From assembly GCA_028534125.1 (NCBI GenBank), contig CM052819.1, positions 85,436,001 through 85,500,000 of the forward strand: a stretch of 64,000 nt of DNA. The letters run 5' to 3'. The DNA comes from Lama glama. Its lineage: Eukaryota. The position numbers and the translations under genes are program-made. Positions 12,670 to 26,239 of the stretch are shown one piece after another. Under the pieces are notes generated by a model. That model did no database searches. It saw only the letters and a program-made list of their open reading frames with translations, and was not told the origin of the DNA. Each line of letters begins with the position of its first letter. The first letter of the stretch is position 1.

Positions 12670-13574
12670 ATAAGTAAAGGAAATAAAATGAAACAGTGAT
12701 GAAACTGAGAGATCTCAGGAAAAAAAAATGGGGTATTAAACTCAGTATCAGGATTTATCTCAGTAATGGTATTGTATATTACTTGTTTATATGTTGAGCC
12801 ACATTATTGATATCGTTATCATGGCCATGCAATCAATATGAATACATCAGTATGTCTAATTTAGAGATGAAATTTCTCTATTCCACCCTTTCTATAATTC
12901 CATGCAGATGGCCTTGAACAACCCTGTATCTGATGAAGCTAATATCTTCATGTAAGCATCTTCCTGTTCAGCAGAGAAGTTACCTCTGAAATTAAATCCT
13001 GTTAAGCCAGTTGGAGGACAATACGTAGACGACGTGAACATTACTTTCCAAGACCACTAGGAGTGAGTTTGTGATGCTGTCTTGGCCACTAGAATCAAAG
13101 TTAGTATGAAAGATTTTCAAAGCAATGTTAAAAACATCATTTTTTCCTCTTGTTAAAAATAAATCATTGCCCAACTCTCCATTATATTTATGTTAATTGG
13201 ATGAAGTCCAGACATGAACTATGCTACCACAAATAGAAAACCATTTAAATAGAAAAACCTCACTTATTGCTAACAGAATGACAGTATAAAACCATTGAGG
13301 GTGAAAAGGAATCAGTGCTGTGTGGAATAAATATTTCTTTTCTTATCAAAACTGGTCCTGAGATCTAGCATGCTTCTGCTCATGGGTGTAAGTACAGTAA
13401 AAGTTATAAAAATACTCCCTTGCACTTTTCTAGAGTTTAGTGATTACAGAACACCAGAAGAGAAGTAGGAGATGGCAATGTCTTGTGCAAGACTGACACG
13501 GAATCTGAGGAGGGAAATATAAAACCTGAAAATAACATCTAGAGTATCTCCACAGCATTATGTAGAGGGCAGGA

Positions 13575-13745
13575 AGAATACTATTGAATGACTACCATGT
13601 GCTAAGTCTCTTATATAAATTATTTTATTGAATCTCTTTAATATACTGGAATGTAATGGAAACTATAAAACAGGCATTTTATTCAGTTTATAGATAAAGA
13701 AATGAGAAGACAGACAGGAAACTTGATCAATGCCACACAACTAAA
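13575..13745 (-). mobile_element. MIR SINE
   Basis: tattgaatgactaccatgtgctaag...tttatagataaagaaatgag...gccacacaact. Confidence 0.6.
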
Positions 13746-13839
13746 AAAAAGGCAGGACTAGGGTGAATAAAATGGCCGTAAAACAAGTAGCAGTCTCATC
13801 CGAATTGGACCTGGAACTAAGAAGCAAATATAAACAAAG

Positions 13840-13960
13840 ATCCTATAAGTTAGATACTATTAATCTCCCCATTTCACAGAAGAAGCAACTGAGGTCAATA
13901 GAGGCTACAACATTTGTTTCACATAGCTAGCAAGAGACAATTTCAAACCCAGGTCTAGAA
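13840..13960 (-). mobile_element. MIR SINE
   Basis: ccccatttcacagaagaagcaactgagg...tcacatagctag...ttcaaacccaggtct, the antisense MIR core. Confidence 0.75.
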
Positions 13961-16900
13961 GACATATTACTCCAAGAAGCAAATGCATTATGTCCAGGAC
14001 TGGCTGAGATAATTCTTGCGAACCCTAAATGAGTGTCTGACACTTAATAAGTCTGCAATAATTTATCCTTATTATTATTAGTTTGGGAACTATCAAACTT
14101 CTTCACATGCCTTCTGCAATTTCACTGCTCATTCATATCACAGTTGCCCAAGAAAAATTAAGTTCAACATATGCATCCTTTTTGGTTGCAAATTCTGGAG
14201 CTCAAGTAATACATAGCACATCACATTAAACTGCTAGTTTAGTCTGAAATTTTAAAAACGGAAATTTTTCACTCAGGAAAAAAAAATAATTGGGTTGTTC
14301 ATTCCCAGACCTACAATAGAGCTCATTAAGTGTATGTGTGTATAGAGAAACATATTTTCCTGTAATTCTTCCTATGCTTAAGTAATACATTTAAAGACTT
14401 GGTTCAACAAATCAGAATAACCTATGAATCATATATAACAAAATTTCTGTTCAGTGACTTCTGCTTTTCTTGCCTATAATGTAGCCCATCTTAAGAATCA
14501 AAAATTTATGTTAAAGTCAACATTCTACAGACCAATTTCTCTACCTTTTCTTAGCTACTCAGTCATGAATAGAAGGTGTTTATCCAAGTTACCTTGAGAA
14601 TGAGACAACTGCAATGAAAACTGTGGTTGCCAGCCATGTCCACTGTTCGTGTATCTCCATATTTTTTCTGCATTAAACTTCCCATAAGACTCTCTTCTGC
14701 CATCACTGTCACCACAAAGGAGTTTCAGAAATGAATCTCATAAAGAACAAATATATATACACAAAAGTTTAAGATGTTCAATCATCTCCCTAGTTCCCAT
14801 GCCTACTCTCAACTTACTCATGTTAAAATAAACAACTAAGTGAACATGGCACTTTTAGGAAAGCAAAGTCCAAAATTCAATTCATGCCACATTTTTTATC
14901 CAATTTCTTGTCTCAATGGGCATCACATGTGAAAGAAAGAATATGCTTTCATCAGTGAATGTTCACTATACTCCTGGAGCAGGAATTGTCGCTGTTCCAC
15001 CTGGACCCTTCAGCACTCACTATTCTCATGCATGAGGGTCAAAAAATATCAAGGCTAAGCAGTGACTCTGACCAAAGGCTTTCTTGGGTCATCAGAGCTG
15101 TCTCATCTGTGCATAGGGTTGTCCAGAAATCCTAGGGCATCAATGCCCCCAACCCCATTCCTGGAGCAGCCCTTAACCCATGATGGCAGTTTATGAAACA
15201 CCTCACTCCCTTGCCCTGTACATGTTCTGTAGTCTCCCACAGATCCCCAACAGGATTGAGTCCTGTTGCTCATCTTATTTCCAGCTCTCCATATGGCACA
15301 GAAATGATTAGAAGTTGAATAGGTATTTACTGCCATGTGTATGCATATCTCTCCTGATCAAGGATATTTGTTGACAAATATTTCTAGATAAACATGCACA
15401 CTGTTCCTCATTCTTTGCTGAGGGATAAAATAATACATCTCCTCTTCCTATCCTCCTCTCTCCTTCCTCCCTCACTCAGCTGCCTATCAGAAAGAATTGC
15501 GAAGGAAGAGAAATCAGGCTTTGGTCAGCACTCTCGAGGGGACCCCTTCTCTCAGAAAGGTTAAAACACACACCTCACACACACCCTGCTTGAGCTGCTC
15601 TACAGGACCTGAGAGAAGAGAAGATTTTGAGATTCCAGAAAAGTCATTTAAGTCATCCTTTTAATGCCAGGACCTGAAGGGAGCTGGTCAGATTGGCAAG
15701 AGCCATACAGCTGATTATCCAGTCATTCAAGAAGAGCAGAGCTCTGAGTATACATAGAATCCTGCAATCAGATGCAAAGCCTCACACCACATCTTTAGTT
15801 CCCAAATTCAGCTATGAATGCTATGTGTGTAACATGGGGAAACAGTTTCAAAGTATATGAGAGGCCAAGAAGTTTCCTATCTAGTATCTATTGCTCTTGC
15901 TCACTTTCTTCTCATATCCCTAAACTCTCTGCTGAGCATGAACACACACAAACACAATACCTCCTCAGGGCAAAAAACCACAAACTGTCTTCGAAACCTT
16001 AATGGGCTCTTGAAGGGCCAGTATACAGCACATTTTTATCACTAAAGAATGAAAAGGAAAAAGCTGAATCAAGGTTATAGGTTTTTTCACACCCACAAGA
16101 GTTATAATGAGCTTACTTTGAACCAGATCATATCAAACACCAGAGCAGTCACGGCATATATAGCGCGGGAACATTTTTACAAATGTGGTCACATATTAAA
16201 ATACAAAACTATTCAGTTCTTAACTCTTCTCTTCTCATAAATCCTATATTAGACATACAATACTTGCCAGCATTCTCAAGGAATCTTAAAGACAACTCAC
16301 TTTCAAGTGTGGCAGTTTACTCTGAAAGCAAGTTTTAGCTGTAGTTTCAAGTTCACCTAAGCAGTTTTAAGATGTATCTAAATGTGGACTGCTTTCTATC
16401 TTGATTGTAAGATATAAATTATTCCCAAGAATATTCTTGGTAATATTGAGTCTGCCTTTCAATCCACTCTTATGAAAAAGGACACAGTCAATTGTTAGGA
16501 GTTAGTGATTATTTGAAGATAATGAGAATATGGCTATAACTCTGCACAATTATATTAAAGTATCTTTTACAAAAAAGAGTGAAACCATACTTAATAAATA
16601 ACCAAAAAATAAGAAATATTTTAAGGTATTTTTACATAAGGCATAATCATATATCACTATTTCAGTAGCCTCAACTAAAAGCATCTGTGCATTTCCTAGG
16701 AAAAGAACTGAACTTAAAGTTGAGTAGTTGAGGCTTACATTCCTGGTTTATAACACAATAATTGTAGAAATTTAGGAAAATTAATCCCGCCATGTCAGAA
16801 TTTCCCCACTGGAAAACTGGAGCTAACTTTACTGCTCTCTCTAAACTCCATAAAATATTAGAAATGGAACATATGTGTAAGAACCTAACTTACAGTGGTA

Positions 16901-18091
16901 GACATCAGGAAGAATTTGCTAAACTCATGCTGATGTTAAAAGAAGAGCAAAGTAAAATATTATATTTTAATTACTGAAACTTGAGATTCATATATCTCAA
17001 TGTGAAAAACCAGTAAGCGCTCTTTTAAGTATAAAATGACACTGGGCCCTTGTAGAGAATTTAGTAAATATTTGAAAGATATTTAAAATTCATCCCCAAA
17101 TTTGGGCTTTAATATTTACTTGCCAATTTTACAATTTGTGTACTTTACTACTATTAAAATGCACAATAGCCCATATAACTAATCGTATGCCCACCAATTC
17201 TATTGAGAAGCAACCAGCAAGGCCCATGAAGTACTGAAACCAAGAACAAAAACAGCTGCCCCAACCATCTAAAGGCAAAACATTTAGAACACTCTTGTGA
17301 CCATGACAGTCCTGCTAGTAAGAAAGTAACTTCTAAACCAAATAAACTCATAACACATTTTAGTAACTGTGCTGCTTACATACACACACATATCAGATTT
17401 TTTTTATATGAAACAAATGTGGGAAAAATCAAGGAAGTTCTGTGGGAAATACTCATAATTTCATTTCCAGAATTTCTTCATCAATCCCTTTCCCCAAAGC
17501 CCTTCCATGAAGCAAAAGTTGCTCTCTTAACGTGAACCCATCACTTTCCCCACACATTTTCAGAATGATAAATATATTACCTGTCAGTCAGATGCTTAAA
17601 AGTTGTGCTGTTAAAGAAATCCAAAATGGTGATAATTTTGAAACAAAAGATGAAGAGATGAGTGAATCAACATGGCTTTTAAGCTAAATTGTCATCACAT
17701 TCAGAGCCTGTAGAGACAGCCTGAAGTTCCTGCCTTTTAATAAGCTTATAGAGGGTGCAGAGCAGAAGAACCTCCAGTTACAACTCAGAGGGCTACCTTC
17801 TGGGAAATCAGTGGAAAAGATACAACTCTCTCCACTTAGAGGATAAGGTTGCCCTGTTACATCGTGTACCTAAACTCCCTAATTCCACCTCTTTGAAATC
17901 CTTTGACTTGGAAAACTGGGCACGAGCCAAAAAGAAGGAGGGACAGAAGGACAAAATGGGTTGCCGGGTGGGGGGGAAAGACTGTCTAGAAAGCTTACAT
18001 ATAATGCGTACATTTGAGGACATTTCCTAAAACCCAGTCAGTTCAGTTAAATTCCATCCAAATCCCCCCATCCTTCCTATGGGGATCACAT

Positions 18092-18135
18092 CCCCCTAAC
18101 CCCCACCCCCTCCTGCCTTGCCCATCCGCCCACCC
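18092..18135 (-). other. G-quadruplex-capable G-run cluster at the start of intron 1
   Basis: Minus strand reads GGGTGGGCGGATGGGCAAGGCAGGAGGGGGTGGGGGTTAGGGGG: six G-tracts about 150-195 nt downstream of the donor. Confidence 0.65.
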
Positions 18136-18286
18136 TCAGCCTGTGTGGCCACAGCCAAGACCGGTCTGGTCTGCCCGTGACTTTGTGAAATATTCCAAAG
18201 CCAGCAGCGCTTGGGAAGCGGGAAAACCTCGCGGATTCCAAGCCTCTAGTTCTAGACCTTTCAGAACATCTCTCTGGTTAACTCAC

Positions 18287-18640
18287 CTGGAGTCAGGTCT
18301 AGACGGCAGCCTCCGCCCACCCAGAGGGACTGGGAAGCAACCTGGAAGCTCAGCAGCGTCTGACTGAATAATGAGGGCAGTGGAGCTGAGCAGCTACCCC
18401 AGACCTGCTGCTCGGGCTGCTCCTGGATTTCTTCCACTCCCCACCCAGAGCCGTCCTTCCCTTTCTCTCTTCTTCCTCCCCCGTCTGCCGCTACTGCACT
18501 CCCTCTTCCTGGCGTTGTCGCAGAGAGCGAGTCCTCCCGCCTCCCTCCTCCAGACGCACGAGCTGTCCGTGGTGCTAATGAGGCTCCAGCTCCTCCCGGG
18601 CAGGCAGCGAGCGCAGGCAGCGCGCGCAAGTCCCCGCGCC
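18287..18640 (-). other. Putative non-coding first exon (5' UTR) of an unidentified minus-strand gene
   Basis: Perfect donor CAG|GTGAGT (intron starts at 18286). No ATG on the minus strand from 18287 to 18672. Lies in the CpG/GC-rich patch. The TSS near 18600-18660 is inferred. Confidence 0.7.
18559..18579 (-). promoter_or_regulatory. RE1/NRSE element (REST/NRSF binding site)
   Basis: Minus strand ATTAGCACCACGGACAGCTCG versus consensus TTCAGCACCACGGACAGCGCC: 17/21 identical, with an exact 15-bp core AGCACCACGGACAGC and canonical spacing. Confidence 0.88.
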
Positions 18641-19039
18641 TGACACTGGAGTCCGGGGAGCAGTGCTGCAGACATGCCTTATGTGGCCACCGGAGAAATG
18701 GTCTGGAGGAGGCGACCAGCTGTACCCACTATCATCTAACATTCCCCTGCAGGTTTAAGTGATCGATAACCTCAGACTTCTTCCTAAATATCTCCAATAA
18801 TTCACAAATGCCAAAAAGTAAATGAGGGGTTTGAGGACTTGTCTGTATTAGCATTATTCTCCATACGGCGAGAGTAACTTGGCTACATTCCACAACTGAA
18901 AAGTCCAAGGAGTGCTGTACAATTCCGTATGTTTTTTTAAAAACACATTTGGGATGTGCTTGCCTAAATCAGCAACCTACTAGTTATGACAATAAAGATT
19001 CCTATGAGAAGGTAACTAACACTTATTAAACATCAGGCT

Positions 19040-19190
19040 TCTTACTTAACAACCTTACTTTCCCCCAAGCTAATCTTTATCACAATTCTGTGAAGCAGTA
19101 CTCTATTTTATATCTTAAGAATTAGAGACTGAATAACCTGTCTGCTCAAGGTCACAGAGATTCCAAGCCTCTGAACCTAAATAACTGAAA
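19040..19190 (-). mobile_element. MIR SINE fragment
   Basis: taatctttatcacaattctgtgaagcagtact...gactgaataacctg...caaggtcacaga. Confidence 0.55.
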
Positions 19191-20649
19191 TCTGCATGTC
19201 TTGCAGTCCATACCCTGTGTACGATGTCCTGCAGCATCTTAGATGACACTGTGCAACTGAACCAATAAAGATAATAGAACTATCAACCAATACACCAGGA
19301 GCCTGATGAATTTCCAGAATCACGGTGAGACTTGGGAGTAGCCAAGCACTCCAAGTAACAACGGTTCAGATGCATGCGAACCAGGACTACTTATAAATGC
19401 ATGACAAATAGTCAGAACTAGGAAAGGCAAATAATGTTGAAAATCTTCAGCATCAATTTTCAGCCACATGTCAGCTGAATTTTGCACTTGGAAAAAGAGA
19501 CCAGATACTGGCTCTTCCAAGAAGCCTAATAGGCATGGCCTTCTTGAAATAGAAGAAACCCTAGTAAACAACACACTTGTTTCCCATTAATAACATGCAA
19601 TTTCTAACTAATGTTAATTTAAACTATCAGTAGTCATTCATTTCAACTAACCTTATAGGAAAAGGTCAAGCTTCCAGCATGATACTGAATAGCACTGAAA
19701 ATTAAATTTACTTAAACCTATAGAAACATAGTCAATAAAGTAAATAATTCAACTGACACCTTTACTATTATGTTATTATGTATTTCTTCCTAAGGCAAAG
19801 GATAATAATTCCTTCTGTGGTATGAAATACTATAATATAGGTTTTATTTTTTTTCCCTGTAGAGAGGGAAGTAAGTAGAAGTACAGTCAGATTTCCTGTA
19901 ACCAGTTTCATCCTGATGATTCATTCTATGCTCTGCTACAAAAATTATTCAAGATGGTCTTTTTCTTATTTTCAAGGCAATTCAGGAATTAAAAAAGGAT
20001 AAAACTGGTTCACAGCAGGTGAGCAATTTTGAGGTACCTAATCAATGCCAATCACTAACTAATTAAGAGTGAATTCTGATTATAAACAACCGTAAAAGAC
20101 TCTGATCAAGGTATGACTAACTACATTCTATTTTATTCATATTACTACTATATCTAATTGAAACACAAAGATAAAATATACACTTACATCTTTCTCCTAT
20201 TTAAAATATTTATTGATTTTGGCATAATATCATATCTATCCTTCAACATTCAATGTACATGTACCCATAAATCTTTCTCTGATTTGTTTATCCAATATAA
20301 GTATTTTCCCCTTTGAATGCTAGCAACACTGTGTTCCTTCTTTGCAATGCTTATCCTCAATTTTTATAGCTCTGTCCACACATAAACTATTAATCAGCAT
20401 TGTATAAATGACTTTTAATAAAATTTGTTGAACAGAAAAAAGATTAAAGATAAATTTTCATATACAAGCAAAAGCCCAAATATTTTTCCTTAAAATTTTA
20501 TGTGCATATAGTTTATCTGTACAAGTAGACAAAAAGCTTCTAAAGGAGAGGGATTTTGTCTGCAAATTTTATGTTTTTCATACATTATCAGTCTAAAGCT
20601 CTAGACCAGAGTTGAGAACAAAGCATTTGGTTAAACTTAATCTAATCTT

Positions 20650-20830
20650 TCCTTAATTTATTCAAAAAACATGTACCTATACTAATTTTTTTTCTAAAAC
20701 TTGTGCAAGATGAGGGGTGTACAGTGGTGTTCAAACTTGATATGGTCTTTGCCCTCATGGAATTTACAGTGTCGCACTGAAGAGTAATGAACAAATAATA
20801 ACAAATTTATATATTCTTGTTGAATAAATG
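20650..20830 (-). mobile_element. L2 3'-end fragment(s)
   Basis: tttattcaaaaaacatgta...atggtctttgccctcatggaatttacagt. Confidence 0.55.
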
Positions 20831-21454
20831 AGAAGTCTATCTGAACTCCTTGGCCAAGGCCATAACATGAAAGCAAAAGAGCTTCCTGCCTGAAAACACT
20901 TAAAGCAACTCTCAAGAGGGACTCTCTGTTGAAATAGTACATCTCATTATGGAAATAATGAGAAAAATTAGTAACCAAGCAAATGACAGCATACATGCAT
21001 CTTTGTGGTTTTTGACCTTTCAGCTTCCTCAAAGGCAAGACCACAAATCTTTCAACACTCTGGATAGTATTAACCTTGGCAAAGAGTATAACACTTTTTT
21101 ACATATTTTTTCACATACTTCATTCTGTTTTCCTCTTTTTCCTTAACTTTTAGCTCAATTTAATGAATTGTCTAGTGAAAATATTTTGCACTGAACAACT
21201 ATCCATGAGCCATTCCCATACCCTAGCTCATTTCTATGATGCCTTTTTGCCTTTAACTTATGATAAAATTCCTTTTCTACTGTTATTGGTAACTATCACA
21301 CAGTAACACTTGTATCTACATTGGGTTGGACTGGAGCTTGCAAGTGTTTACTTTTATAACAGTAAAGGGAAGCTAGAGAGAAAAGATGTTTGGAAGGCTA
21401 TGCAAGGGGCTATCACAGCATCTCAGATTAGATTATTTTGTTGGTGGTGATGTT

Positions 21455-21780
21455 TTGTTCTGTTTTATTGAAGTACAATTGACATATAACATCACATTAG
21501 TTTCAGGTATACAACATAACAAACCAATATTATATCTATACACATTGATATATATATAGTGTGTATATATATGTAAATAACCACCACCATGAGTCTAGTT
21601 AACATCCGTCACCATAGTTACAATTTTTTTTCTTGCAGTGAAGAACTTTTAAGATTTATTCTCTTAGCAAGTTTTCAACTATGCAATAGATTATTATTAA
21701 CTATAGTCATGACATTACATCTCTCTGAATTTTATAACTAGAAGTTTGTACCTTTTGACTCCCTTCACCCAGTTTGCTTT
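21455..21780 (-). mobile_element. L1 3' UTR fragment (L1MA9-like)
   Basis: ttttattgaagtacaattgacatataacat...gtctagttaacatccgtcacc...aagatttattctcttagcaa...agaagtttgtaccttttgac. Confidence 0.88.
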
Positions 21781-22689
21781 TGATCTTTCTGAAATATTAT
21801 AGAGAACAGACTGACAGCCAGGTCCTAGGATGGCTGAGGCATCTCCCATCTGGCCATTTTTAATGACCAAACTGTCTCCTAAAATGGCTTTAATTTTTAA
21901 AATATAATAATTTTATTTGTGTATAGGTGTTCATGAAGTGGAGTTAGGGAAGGGAATATAAACTAATAAGGATTTGGGGAAAATTTTTCACAAAAATCAA
22001 AGATTCTGAAAGAAGAAAAGACAATCTACCTGTTCTGAATGCATTTTTAAAAGCTCATAATTCCTAACTCAATACATTGTCTACAGGCTTAAAGTACAAC
22101 ATAAAAATAAAGATAGTAGGTAGATCAGCAGAGGATCTCCACTTGATCTAATCCTTAAAGTTTTCCATATTTTTTTTCAATGAAAGAGATATGCATTTAC
22201 ATCTCAGAAAATGAAATATACTATTTTGACCAACACAGAGGAGAAACAGGAATATACTTCAGTACTACAAAAGTGACCTGTCACTAGAAGATACCATGGC
22301 TTACCATCTTTTTCATCCACTGGCTAAAATTTTCACCCCTAGAGTCATTCTTTTGAATGTGCTGGGGGATTGCTACTAAAATCAAATACATTTGGTAGAG
22401 GAGTAGATAAATTTCTAACCTACTAAATAAATCATTCACTAAAATCTAACATGCACTTACAGATTTATCCACTTACTTTATATGACAAATATGTTTGAGG
22501 GTCTGTTTTGCACAAGAAAATGTGGAATCATCTTGTAAAACAGAGGCTACTTGAAGGAATGAGAGGTAAGCTGCGATGGCAAGAATGAAAAGATAGCAAA
22601 GCAGGAGGGGACTTCACGGAAAACAAGCCAGGAAGTATTAGGATTTGGGACAGTGTAAGCAAGCCTGGTGGGGGCTGATATTTTAGAAA

Positions 22690-22852
22690 CCTGAGTTAAT
22701 TTAATGGCTGTGGTTCTCTGTTTCCTCATCTGCAAAATGAGAGAAATAATGCTAATTACTTCATAGCTCATTGTGAGGATTAATGAATCTATGAAAATAA
22801 AACACAGAATAGTTGTGATACATAGTATGAATTAAGTCTTTGCTATTACTAT
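22690..22852 (+). mobile_element. MIR SINE
   Basis: ctgtttcctcatctgcaaaatgag...ttgtgaggattaatgaa, the MIR core. Confidence 0.8.
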
Positions 22853-23404
22853 ATGAAGAAACTGACAACCTCCAGAAATAGTAAGATATGGCCACTTAAA
22901 GGCAAGATATCAGGAAGCCTCAAAGTTCACTTTGACAATTGGCTGAGGACTGCCTGGAAAAGACAGTCCAATTAATGTTACAAGTAGATACTGTTTTAGG
23001 ATCATTCCCTCCCCTCTGACCTCCTCTAACACTTTGCCTGCGTGTTTTATTGCACTTTTCAGTTTCTCTGTTGAATTGCAGTTACTTGCATAAAGTCTTT
23101 TAGATTCCTATAAAAATAAAGTTTGTAGTGGGATTCTTAAGGAGCTAGGTCAAAGTTATCTTTCTACCATATACAGCAAGTAACCCAGCAGTAGTAACCC
23201 AATGTTTATTGAATGAACAAACAGGAAGATTATTTGAATTTTTTCTTTGCTGATTTTTAGTCTGAATTATACCATTAATGGTGAGAACAAATGCTAAATG
23301 GTGAGGATATATGGATTAATATTTAAATCTATAACTTAGTTTTATTTGGGAAACTGACATACTTCCACTTCTAATACAGTCATGACCTTCTATATATGGA
23401 GGTT

Positions 23405-23553
23405 TGCTCCTGCACAAAAGTCATCTGTCTGTGGACCAACAGCATCAGCATCCCCTGGAACTTCTCAGAAACCTCGCCTACTGAATCAGAATTTGTATTT
23501 TGACAAGACCCAAATGATTCATATATACATTTAACCTTGAGAAGCACTGTTCT
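23405..23553. mobile_element. MER5A (hAT-Charlie DNA transposon MITE)
   Basis: ggaccaacagcatcagcatcccctggaact...ctactgaatcagaatttgtattttgacaagac...ttgagaagcactg. Confidence 0.85.
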
Positions 23554-23689
23554 ACAATTCCCTTTATTTCCAAATTGCATTGTCAAGGAAAGAATACACC
23601 ATAAGCATGATAATAACAATGGTAATATGAATAAAAATATAACTAATGTTTAATAATCTTATGACTCTTATAATCCCCTTCTTTAAGAC

Positions 23690-23855
23690 ACCAAGTCTTT
23701 AATATAATACTTGTTATAATTCTACGGAGTTGCCATTCATAGCATCCACTAAACTAAGACTCAGAAATTTTAAGTAACTTCCCCACAGAGCTAGTAACTC
23801 ACAGACAAGATTATTAAACCTTGGCTTGGGCTACCAGAGTCCAAGCTCTGTTTAA
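23690..23855 (-). mobile_element. MIR SINE fragment
   Basis: aaactaagactcagaaattttaagtaacttcccc...agctagtaa...ccagagtccaagctct. Confidence 0.6.
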
Positions 23856-26239
23856 CTCATGGTTAACATATGAACTTCCACCTTTTACTTCCTGACTGCG
23901 GTTTCCTTTCAATTTCATTAACTTTATTTAAACATGATTGATTTTTTTAAGCCTCCCCAACAATTTTTGGAAGACAGTGTATCATGGATTAATAAGGGAA
24001 ATACCAAATAATATCCATGAGAAATTTTAATGAAGTAGCTCCAAAAATATTTAAATACTTAAAAGAAACAGAGTATTTGTTTTCAACATTTTTTGTCACA
24101 AAGCATTCAGCACAAAAGCAAGGTAGTCTTTCTACTTAGAATTTCCAACTTACATTTCCCTGATGGAATAAGATTATGAAAAAGTGACAAAAAAATGCAA
24201 AAACCAAGAAGCTAAGAATTGCTATACAAGAAAAAAATTAGCATAAATATGCCATATGAATGACATCTACAAGAATCATGGGAATCCTATTTGGTATTTA
24301 GTTATTATGACCAAAAAGAAGTGTCTGTACAATTCACTGTGCATTATGAGACAATAAATCACCTCATTAGGCTTGGAGATATGTAAAGATTTACAGTCTA
24401 GGAAAATCTACCAGATATTCTCACTTGCTTCTTAGGCTCTGCCTCCCCCAGTATTCCTCATTTCCCATAGGAAGGTGCACATGAAAAGCATTTACTTTAA
24501 ACCCAGCAGTGAGTGGGACTTCAGTGTAGCCAGACATTTTAAAGGACGGATTGGCTTCTAAAGAGGTGGAGTTGTGACCTTGGTCTTTTTATTGGAGAGA
24601 AGTATTCCCTAGTTGTACTGTATATCCCCCAAGCACCCTTGTGTCGTTTCCTTTATGACTGCCTCCTGTCACATGACCCCTCCTCCACTCTATCAGTTGG
24701 TTTCTGAGGAAACTGCATAAAACCCACAAAGGAAGCTGAGAAAAATGTCAAACATTAGAGCAGGAGAATTCCATGTTGCTAATATTTTCACATGGAAGTC
24801 AATATGCAATTAAAGACACTGCCCTTTACCACCTAGAGCAGACATCCAAGAATCTTAAAAGTAGAAAGGCATTAAAAGACCTAAAAACTAGGACTTGAAA
24901 AAGCCTTCTTATTAGAGATGAAAGAGATGAAGTTGGGACATACTAAGGAAATTGCCCAAGGTCACACAGCTAGCTAGACTGCAGAATTTTTTCTCTATGT
25001 TTTTTTTTTCCTATCATGTCAATATGTTTCTAGCCCATTGTGGGGATACAATCTCCAATTCAGAAGCCTAATTTTCTCTGTGAATCCCCTTTACATCTCC
25101 AGCTTATTAATATCCCTTAGGAATATTACAGGAAATAATCAGTAGCACTCAGATGAATATTCTGAGATACACTTGGAAATTATATATAATATTGATGATT
25201 TAGGAACCTCAGAAACTCACAGACACCAGACAGGGTAAAATTATATTTGAACTTCCATGTGGCATAAATGACAACTTATTCTCGTTTGTATAGCTGTATT
25301 CTGTACATTTGAAAAAGGAATATTTCAATACATAAAATGTAAATACATAAAAATGAGGAATGAGGGAGTAAGTAAAAATAACCAGGCCGAAAAACACCAC
25401 AGTGTCATCCTCAGCAGATCCTAAAGGGATTCTCATCCTGAAGAAATAGGAGAACTTGAAGACAGGAAGTGCCCTCACCTAGCTGTACTGATAATGGTAT
25501 GTATCTTTAAAAGGCTTTTAGAGAAGACGGAAATATTTCATTTTATATTCAGTTAAATGCTATGGTGGTGTTTCTTAACTATGAGCTATTTTTAAAATTG
25601 CCATAATCTATAGATGACAAAATTATATAAGCATGGAGGAAAAGGATAAGCCTTACAAAGGTGATAATACAACTCTGTTTTCAAATGTAAGATTATTTCT
25701 AAGCACACATTTGCTCATCATACTGATGTGTATTTAAATTATTTTTCACCTACACCTGTGAAAGTGGCTAAAGCAATCCTCCACAAGAAGATGGGTTTTC
25801 CTTGCAGGCAAATATTTTTTCATATAGTTCTTTAACATTTCCAGTTTCATTTTACTTGAAAAATATTTTTGTGATATTTTTATAATTACTAGAACTCTGG
25901 CTGCATATATAATTAAAAGGATGTTATTTCAAAATGGTATTTATTTGTATGTATTGTAAACCTCTGAACTTTCAATCAATTAATATTTTCTTTGTCAACA
26001 AAGTTGTTTTCCATATACTCATCATTTGGAATGCATTGCCTTAGTGTGAAGCTCGGTAGTTAAATTTAAAATTTTTGAGTTGGCTTTTACATGAAATTAT
26101 GAAAAGTAAGTAAAGTGAAAAATGGAAACAAGTTTTAAATAAAATTTTATTTACAACTAAGACCAAAGGAATATATAAAACATCTAAAATAATTAGAACT
26201 ATTTAAATAAACAAGGTATTACCTAATGAGCGAAATACC

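Larger units (their letters stand above)
18120..18720 (-). promoter_or_regulatory. Small CpG-rich, apparently TATA-less promoter region
   Basis: Sharp rise in GC and CpG against the AT-rich background (gcagcgagcgcaggcagcgcgcgcaagtccccgcgcc). GC boxes CCGCCC near 18126 and 18314. E2F-type GCGGGAAA at 18218-18225. Confidence 0.8.

Noticed and set aside
15008-15540. TCAGCAC RE1 left half-sites near 15010 and 15526
   Set aside because: No GGACAG right half at canonical or near-canonical spacing.
18014-18675. Four overlapping 90-122 aa ORFs at the CpG patch
   Set aside because: By-products of GC-rich, stop-poor sequence. No recognisable domain, and they either run across the splice donor or lie antisense to the inferred exon.
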